DNA of 64,000 nt from Gracilinanus agilis (Eukaryota). The notes under the pieces are model-generated. The model ran no database searches and was not told where the DNA came from. It was given only the letters and a program-made list of their open reading frames with translations. Numbering within the stretch: position 1 is the first letter of the stretch; the number at the start of each line of letters is the position of its first letter. The position numbers and the translations under genes were made by a program. Shown here piece after piece: positions 56,242-64,000 of this stretch. The stretch lies in assembly GCF_016433145.1 (NCBI RefSeq), contig NC_058132.1, forward strand, positions 23,997,168 to 24,061,167, given 5' to 3'.

Positions 56242-59200
56242 ATGGATCAGCCAGCGGGGCTGCAGGTGGACTACACCTTCCGGGGAGTGGAGCATGTGGT
56301 CCGTTTGGCTGTCACTGGGGAGGTTCTGGAGCTCGAGGTAGAGGACAGACTGACCACTGACCAGTGGCGTGGGGAGTTTGATTCTGCTTGTGAGTGTCTG
56401 GCTAGGGGGGTGGGGTGGGGTGGCCCAGCCCTATGGCTGATCCCAGCAGGGAGTGTGGCTGGCCTGAAAGGAGCCCTGGGTTTAAGAATCTGGCTTCTTT
56501 GCTGGTGTCTTTTCCACACTCACTTTATGGCCTGGAACAAGTTCCTTTCCTTCCTGTAGCTCAGTGACCCCCAGACCCCTTCTTACTCTGGTGTTTGTTT
56601 TCAGAATCTCTGTGAACTCTGCTCTTCTGGGTTCTGAAGCCCTTCCCAGTTCTGTACTGTTGGGGATGGCCTTCCCCATTTTGGTTATGTTTTGGGGCCC
56701 CTCCCAGCTCTGAGTTGGGCTCCTCGACTTCTCCCCCATAGACTGGGGACTTCCCTCCTCTTTCTAGTCATTGAAGACCTGACCCACAAGACTGGCAACT
56801 TCAAACAGTTCAGCATCTTCTGCAGCATGCTGGAGTCGGCCCTCATGCAGGTGAGGGCTGGGGCGCCATCACCCGACCCCCTTGGGCATTGCTGACCAAG
56901 AGACCCAGCCCTGTGTGGTTGGGAATCTTGTGTCCAGCACCAACCTCCCCCTGCCCCATGTGGCCATGTGTCCTCCCAAGGTGGGCCAGAGGGCAGCAGG
57001 GAGGGCTCCCTGGCTGGTGAAGGGTTGGGGGTGTTTGTGACCTGTCCTGTGGGCTCTCCCCTCCCTCGCAGAGCAGCGAGTCAGTCACTCTGGACCTACT
57101 GACCTACACAGACCTCGAGGCCCTTCGGCACCGCAAGGTGGGGCCCCGGCCTGGGCCTTCAGCCCCACGCTCAGCTCAGCTCAACTCCAAGCGTTACCTC
57201 ATCCTGATCTACTCAGTTGAGTTTGACAGGTGGGGGCCCCTCTTCCCTCCAACCCCCTCCCAACAAGAGCTCCTCTGCAGCTTGGTCAAGGTGTTTGTAG
57301 TGCTGGGGTACCCCGGGTTCTTGGAGTCTAGGTCGAGGCAGTCTCTGGTTCTAAGGAAGTCTCTGGCTCTTTGCTCAGTGTCTGTCACTCTGAGGTTTTC
57401 TGAGTTGAATGGTTGGGCCCAAAAAGACTTGGGTTCAAATTCTACTTCAGTTACTTACCAAACTGCATGCAAAATAGGGTCAAGTGACTTGCCCAGGGTT
57501 ACACAGGGCACAGGATCACACTCTGTCTGAGGCCAGATTTGAACTCAGGAAGGTAAGTTCTTCCTGTCTCCAGGGTCTGTCCCTCTACCTACTGTACCAC
57601 TTGGCCTCAGATAAATACCAGAATGTCCAGAGTTATGTTGTATGTGAGATGATGTGTGTATAGATATCTATAGCGAGGGAGAGAAACAGAGATGGAGAGA
57701 CAGAGGGAGAGATTACGCCACGTGGCACACCTCAGTGGCTGTAGACACATCAGCTATTGACACTGTGATTCCTAGGGGGCTGTGGTTCTGGGGGGCAGAG
57801 TGTGGCCACGAGGCCTCAAGGCCCCCCTGAATCTCAGCTGTCCTCTCTGTCCTTCAGAATCCACTACCCACTGCCCCTGCCATACCAGGGCAAGCCGGAC
57901 CCCGTGGTTCTTCAGGGCATCATTCGGTCCCTGAAAGAGGAGCTGGCGGAGCTGCGGTCCCGGGGCGGCCGGGACGCTGAAATCCGCCATCTTCGGGAGC
58001 AGTGAGTTGGTTTGCTCTCTGGGGACAGAGGCCTGGCTGGAGGGAGTCTGGGTGGCCCCTGGGGTGGGGGCATGAAGGAGCCTCCCAGGTATCTAGGGAG
58101 ACGAGATCGCCCTTTCCTGTCTCTCAGGGCACCAAGACCTGGCCCGTGCTGGGGATTAACCAGGAGGCTTTCCCCCAGAAGGGGTCAAATGGGGGGATGG
58201 TCCTCAGCCCTGGCTTTCTCCCCTCAGGCTCACCCGGGCGGTAAGTGAGAAGAGAGAGCTGGAGGTCGCCCTGGACCGGGCCCGAGAAGAAGCAGGGGGC
58301 CGGGCCACGGCTCACCAGGAAGTGGCTGTGCTCAAAACCATGGTGGCCAACCTGGAAGAAGAACTGAGACGGGAGCGGGGCCAGCATCACCGGACGGCCG
58401 GGCGGCGGGGCCAGGAGTGCCGGCGCCTGACCCAAGAGGTGGGAGGGGGATGGAAGCAAAGGATGGAGGATGGGGGGATGGAGAGGAGGGGGCTGAATGC
58501 AGAGGATGGAGGGCCCTAACTGAGCTGGAGGCTGGAGTTAAAGGAAGAGGGTCAGGCAGTCTTTGGAGCCTCACATTCCTCATCTCCCTCCTGCCCCCAA
58601 GTTGGAAGAGGTGAAGTCGTCAGAGCGGAGCCTCCGGGCCAGGCTGAAGTGCCTGTCCAGCGAGCTGGCCCTGTACAAGCGAGGGTATGTGGGGCATCTG
58701 GGGGAAAGGCTTGGTGGAGGAAGGGGGGGCTCTAGGAGGGAGATCTAGCGGCTCGTCTCCACAGGAGGAGGACCCCGTCTTCAGGACAGGTGTCCCAGCC
58801 CCGTAAGGAGCAGCGACGGGCCATATCTCAGGAGAGGAGCCTGTCCTGGGGCCGAGTGCCCCCCCGATCCTCATCCCAGGAGAGCAGCCGGGGTCGCAGG
58901 CCCTCCCGGCCCTCCCCATCCCCGCCAGGTCTGTGCCCCATGTCCTGCCTCTGCCTCTTCTGCCCTCTCCCTGCTCTTGGTGTTCCCAGCCCCATGTAGG
59001 GGTCCTTTGGATGGGGTGGGAAGCTTGGTTGGAAGAGGGCCACGGCGGGGCCTTCACTGTCTTTGCCGTTGGTCCCCAGGCATTCGGGCGCCCCGCTTCG
59101 ACCCCACTGCCTTTGTAAAGGCCAAAGAGCGAAAGCAGAGGGAGCTCAAGTTGAAAAAGTGAGTGGCCTTCTCCCTTCCCCTCCCTGAATGGACCAGACA

Positions 59201-60963
59201 GGTGGGCACCAGGAGACGGGGTTCAGGGGCAGCTGGGGAGCTCAGTGGATAGAGCCAGGCCCGGAGAAGGTGGCTGGGTTCAAATATGGCCTCAGACACT
59301 TCCTTGCTGTGTGATCCTGGGCAAATCACTTAATCCTCTGTCGAGGGTTGGATGGGCGCCTCCTCTAGAAGCCCCTCCTGATGCCTCTCTCTTACTCAGC
59401 CGGGCCGAGGAGCCTCCTTCATTTTTGTCTCACATAGGGTGGACGCTTAATGAATACTTGTAGGACTAGAGTGACGTTTTTCCCCTCTTCCTCAGCCAGC
59501 AAAGGAACCGGCTGGGGACTGGGGAAGGCTCGGGGAGCTGGGGCCGCAGCCGGGCCCGTGGTGTGTGCCAGATGTCTCGAGAGGAGAGAGCCCCCAGGAG
59601 CCGGACACGAAGCTCCTCAGGTAATTGTGTCCCCTGGGAGAAAGGGGCCGTGTCCAATTAGACCCTGGGCTCAGGACACTTGGTGCCGGTCAGGAGGGAC
59701 TGATGGAGGGGCCTGGGGCTAGGGAAGGGAGGCCGGGACATCTGGGTCCTCCAGGAGTTGTCCAGGCTAGGGCTGGGCCTTCAGTGAGGGACTTTCCTTC
59801 CCGTCCCCCCAGTGGAGAGCTTTCGGAGCCGTCACTCATCGCTCAGTTCAGCCAGTGAATTTGAGGATTTTTCCAACCCAATTTCTCGAGGGTAAGTTGT
59901 AGGGGTGGGAGGGAGTTCCCCCAGCAGAAATTTCCTGGAAGCCTTAAAACCCAGGGAGGCTTTGGGCATTGGTGGGGGGGGGGGGACTCTTCAGGCCACC
60001 CCGTCACTGCTTCTGTTGCTTTTCTTCAGGCTTCGGAGGCAGCCCCGAGGTCGGAAGCCCTTGAGTCCCTCCTCCTGGAATGGCTCTGCAGAGGTGAGGA
60101 GTCGGGACATATGGGGGTGTGGGGGCACTTTGGAACCTCCAGCCCTCACGATTTACCCCTGTTGGGCCCCGGGGCCTGGTGCAGCCAGTAGGCCTAGATG
60201 GGCCTGGCAGGTGTGGGGAAGAATGGGGGAGTAGGGCTGAGAGTCCTCAGGGGCCAGTGCTAGGGTGGGAGGCTTTGAGATCATGAGGCTTTAGAAAGAG
60301 CACCTGGGTGTCAAGTTTGTGGTGAGGGGCAGGATTGGGAGCCCCCTTGGGCAGTTTGACGTCATGTGGAAAAACTGGGGGAATGGCTGGGGGGTTTTGA
60401 GAGCTCTGAGTGCAAGATGGAGCATCTGCAGAATGTTGGGTATCCTGGGTGTTTGGAGACCTTCCCTGACTGGCTCCCCTGCCCCTGTAGGTGCCCACGC
60501 TGGACAGTGGCCACAGAAGACGCCAGGCTAGCAGCACCCCTACCCCAAGGGGCCAGGCCTTTGGCAAAGGTGAACTATTGGGAGAACTGCTCCTACCTAC
60601 ATCCTAGGGGTGACCAGGACCCGCTCTCTTTTCTTCTTTTCTCTCTCACCCTTTCTCTTCTCTCTTTTTCTCCTCTCTCTCAGTCTCTCTCTGTCTCTCT
60701 CTCCCTCTCCCTCTCTCTCCCTCCCCCATGCCTCTCTCTGTCTCTCTTTCTCCCACAAACCCCTTTGGGGAAGAACTGGCCATCCCCTCACTCTTGCCCA
60801 AAGCCAGCTGCTTTCAGTCCTCTCTCCCCGAACCCCATTCACCCCTCTCCTTTCCCTCCTTGCAGAAAACACGTTTGAGGAGCCATCAGCTGACCTGTCA
60901 GAGATCGATGCCCGCCTGCAGGCCCTACAAGAGTACATGAACAGGCTGGATACTAGGACGTGA
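56242..60963 (+). CDS. CCDC61: Coiled-coil domain-containing protein 61 (VFL3, SAS-6-like head), 504 aa
   Basis: Exons 56242-56389, 56768-56850, 57072-57229, 57858-58001, 58228-58438, 58602-58684, 58765-58928, 59080-59158, 59496-59620, 59813-59891, 60030-60093, 60491-60569 and 60866-60963 (1515 nt, all GT-AG, phases consistent). MDQPAGLQVDY...FDPTAFVKAKERKQRE...EIDARLQALQEYMNRLD recognised. Confidence 0.96.
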
Positions 60964-61119
60964 CCCCCCTCCAGGAGGGCCTGGGTTCCCTTCTGCCCCT
61001 TAGCCCCCCAGCTGGAGGCCAGAACTCCTGAGCCTGGGAGCGTGAGGCTGCGGAGGCCTCTGTGTGTGTCTGTCTGTCTGTCTGTGTTGAAGGGTGGAGG
61101 GTGGGCAACAGAGGATGTA

Positions 61120-61125
61120 AATAAA
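61120..61125 (+). terminator. CCDC61 poly(A) signal AATAAA
   Basis: About 155 nt after the stop, followed by a pyrimidine/GU-rich tract. Confidence 0.75.
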
Positions 61126-61537
61126 AGTTCCCTCGTTTTCCCTCCATCTCCCCTGCTCTGTGTCCAGACTGTGGGCTAGGGGCCAGCAGGGCCCAAGGGG
61201 AGAGGCTGCTGGGCCCTGCAGCCCAGACCCTCGATGCTTGCCTCTGACCAGGGCTGAGCTTCCCAAGTCCACAAGCTGTTTCCTTCCCTGTAGAATGGGG
61301 CGGCTGCTCCTGCCCTCCCTCCCTCCCTCCCTCCCTCCTCCGCTGTCAGAGGCTCCCGGACAGCTCTGCCAAGCGGGCACTTACTGTCCTTATCAGAGGC
61401 CCCTCGCCTCAGCTGGGAGGAGGCCCAGCGAGACCCAGCGGAGTTGGATGGCCCAGTGGTTTTGGACTAGGACCCTCGAGCTGCACCCAGGGATCGGTAT
61501 TGGCCACAGACACCGAGGCTGCAGGGACCTGGGAAAC

Positions 61538-61543
61538 TTTATT
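61538..61543 (-). terminator. PGLYRP1 poly(A) signal AATAAA
   Basis: About 85 nt after the stop. Confidence 0.75.
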
Positions 61544-61628
61544 GAGGGATGCTGGAGAAAGGCATGGCTGGGTGAGGCCGACTGGAGGCCGTGGGTGCTG
61601 GAGGCAGACAGGAGGCAGGGCTGAGCTC

Positions 61629-63129
61629 TCACTCGCGGTAGTGGGCCCAGGTTCGCACTTTGGCGTAGAGCCTGTCCCCAGGTGAGGCCGTGTTCTGGAC
61701 ATCCCGATGGCCCTTGACCATATACTGAGGCGAGATTGCCTGGTGCTGCAAGCCACAGCTAATGAGGCTCTGCGCTGCCCGTAAGGCTCGGGGAGAAGGA
61801 GCTCGGTCTGTGGAGAGGGAGGCAGTCTTGGTTGGGTTCCCAGCCTCCTGGCCTCAGCCTCCCTCCCGTCTGGCTTCTCCAGATTTTGGCTTTCCTCATC
61901 TTGTCCCCTTCTCTTGGCCTGAGCACATCTCGGGGACCCAGGTGTGCCGGTTCTGACCCTCAGCCCTAGGGCATCCCAGGGCTTTGGGTGTCCAGGGACC
62001 CAAGCATCCTTGTCCCTAGCTTTGCTTCGCAGTCCTGATGACTCGGGCATCTCAGTCCCCAGTCCCACCTCCCCGGGGATCCAGGAGTCCTGGGCTTCCC
62101 TCACCCCTGTGGTCACTCACTCATGAAGTTTCCCATGAAGCTGATCCCCAGCGAGATGGGGTTCCAGGTTGGGCCTGTGTGGGCTCCCAGGGTGGACCAC
62201 CCTCGCCCCTCATAGATCAGCCCATCTTCTCCAATCAGAAAGCTGGAGGCACAGAGGACAGAGGAAGGCTTTTTGGCCCTTTCTCCCCCACCCCGCCGTG
62301 CTCCCTGACTCCAGCCTCAGGCTTCTGGCTTGCCTACCTGACCCCGCCGCAGCTCAACGAGCCAGCTAGGAATAAGATCTCTCTTAACCCTCAGATCAGG
62401 AATTCCCCCACCACTGTGCTGTGTCCCCCCATCACTTGTATTCTCACCTCAGACCATGCCCCACCCCAACTGGGATTTTACTCCTCTCAGATCAAGGATT
62501 CTCACTGCTGAGACCCCAGGGGCACCCCAAATTCTGTGCTGGGTCTCTCACCCTGGAATATGTCTCTTCAGATGAGGGGCTCCCCCACAGCTGGGCTGCT
62601 TCTCCCCTCAGATCAGGGTTTCCCCAATATTGCTGTCCCCTTTCCCTAGACCACAAAAGCCACCCCCCATAGCTGGGATGTTTTCCAAGATCAAAATTCA
62701 AAATAGGGGCCCCCTCAGTGGGGCTGCTCTCCCTCTCCTGTGTCCCCTCAGCCCAGGGCTTTCCTACTGCAGAGCGTCCCCCTCTCCCCCAGATGGGGGC
62801 TCCTCTGGCCCGCCACTGCCCCTGTTACGGCCTAGGGATGCTCACTTGTAGGCGATGTCACACCAGCCCAGGGTATTGATGTGGTACGACTGGATGTTTC
62901 TCATCTGCTGTTCGCAGCTCGAGGCTGAAGAGCAGGGCTGGCCGGCCGTGTGAGACACCACCACGTACTCCACGGGCAGTTTCAGGGGCTGCAGGCATCG
63001 AGAGGGCAGGGCCCCCCACTCAGACCTGGGCACGATGTCTGGGCAGCCAGGCAGCATGTTCTCGGGGTTTATGGGCTCCTGTCCCCAGACAGGGAGGGCA
63101 GCCAAGAGCAAGAGCAGCCAGTGGACCAT
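61629..63129 (-). CDS. PGLYRP1: Peptidoglycan recognition protein 1 (short PGRP), 194 aa with signal peptide
   Basis: Exons 63129-62846, 62242-62121 and 61807-61629 (284+122+179=585 nt). Motifs [45 protein letters not shown] and GHRDVQ. Synteny with CCDC61. Confidence 0.96.
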
Positions 63130-63239
63130 GTTTGCCTTTGGGTCTCGGGACCAAGGGGAGGGAAGACTAAGGAGCCTGGAGAGCTGAGGACTAGAGACCT
63201 CGGGTGCTGCTGGGAGCCCTCTGGTGGGGGGGCAGGGGC

Positions 63240-63400
63240 TGGCTATTTATCACCCGGCTTTGGGGATGGGGGGTTGGTGAACAGGATACGGGCCACTACC
63301 TGCCCCTTCCCTTAGCCACGGAAGTCCTTGCAGCAAAATTCAGGGCCTTGCCCCACATAGGAGGGGACTTCAAGCCACAGGTTCCTGTTTCAGAGGAACC
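63240..63400 (-). promoter_or_regulatory. PGLYRP1 proximal promoter
   Basis: GATAAATA TATA-like element at 63244-63251, ETS CGGAAGT at 63319-63325, kB-like GGGGACTTC near 63363. Confidence 0.45.
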
Positions 63401-64000
63401 TGGTGGGGGGCAGAGGAGAGGGCTGGTCTTGGTGGTGGTCGTGGTTGTGGAGGGAGAGAATTTTTCTGGGTTACTCCCAAGGTTGCTGGATAACGTTGGG
63501 CTCAAGAAAAGGCTGAGGTCCTTCCCCTCCTGCACCTTCTCTTCTTCCAGGCATTGGGAAGTCTGGGGATAGAAAAGGATCTTGGCTCTGGCCATGCCTC
63601 TCACTACCTTCCTATGGGGGCTTGGGTAAGTTCCTTCCCCTCCCCGGGCTTCCCTTTCCTCACTCTACAATGAGAAGCAATGATTCTTTGCTCAGAGGAG
63701 CCACCTGACGAGTCTCCAAAGGTCTGTGGTTCCATCCATCCATCCAGCATTCCAGAAGGATGTTTGTATGTATTTATTTCAGTGTGAAAACACATCATTG
63801 AGTCAAATCAGCAAACATGTGCAAGTAACAACTGTGATGAGCTGGGATTACAAAGGTGAAAGGAGCGGGGCAGCTGGGTGGCTCAATAGATTGAGAGCTA
63901 AGCCTAGAGACCAGAGGTTCTGGGTTCAAATTTGACCCCACGCTTCCTAGCTGTGTGACCCTAGGCAAGCCACTTTACCCCCATTGCCTAGCCCTTGCTG

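Noticed and set aside
61130-61500. MIR769 orthologue
   Set aside because: Only short chance-level similarity; cannot be supported without a search.
1-64000. CRISPR arrays, rRNA or genuine tRNA genes
   Set aside because: None seen. The tRNA-like A/B boxes all belong to SINE heads.

Overview
Mammalian genomic DNA, most likely a didelphid marsupial such as opossum. This is inferred from abundant SINE1_Mdo-like CORE-SINEs, RTE-related marsupial repeats and an OposCharlie-like hAT MITE. The region is syntenic to human 19q13.32. I reconstructed four known genes exon by exon with consistent GT-AG phases: NANOS2 (minus, single-exon CDS), NOVA2 (minus, 4 coding exons, 486 aa, probable 3' UTR of about 6.9 kb), CCDC61 (plus, 13 coding exons, 504 aa) and PGLYRP1 (minus, 3 exons, 194 aa). 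The main discovery is a fifth gene between NANOS2 and NOVA2 (minus, 10417-13169) that I do not recognise. It is invisible in the ORF track because every coding exon is under 60 nt. Eight micro-exons with canonical splice sites join into one open 113-aa frame. That frame holds an uninterrupted 11-heptad leucine zipper (Leu/Ile at every d position, Asn at five a positions) followed by a CxCxC motif. Supporting features are an upstream in-frame stop, a GC-box/CRE-like promoter, an AATAAA and a possible alternative last exon. NOVA2 non-coding sequence is dense in recognisable motifs: a canonical RE1/NRSE, RFX X-box clusters, POU/SOX and homeodomain clusters, YCAY clusters, a candidate poison exon and a poly-Ala uORF. 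Two inverted hAT MITE copies each carry a CTCF motif. Two assembly gaps are present. All calls were made by eye without database searches.
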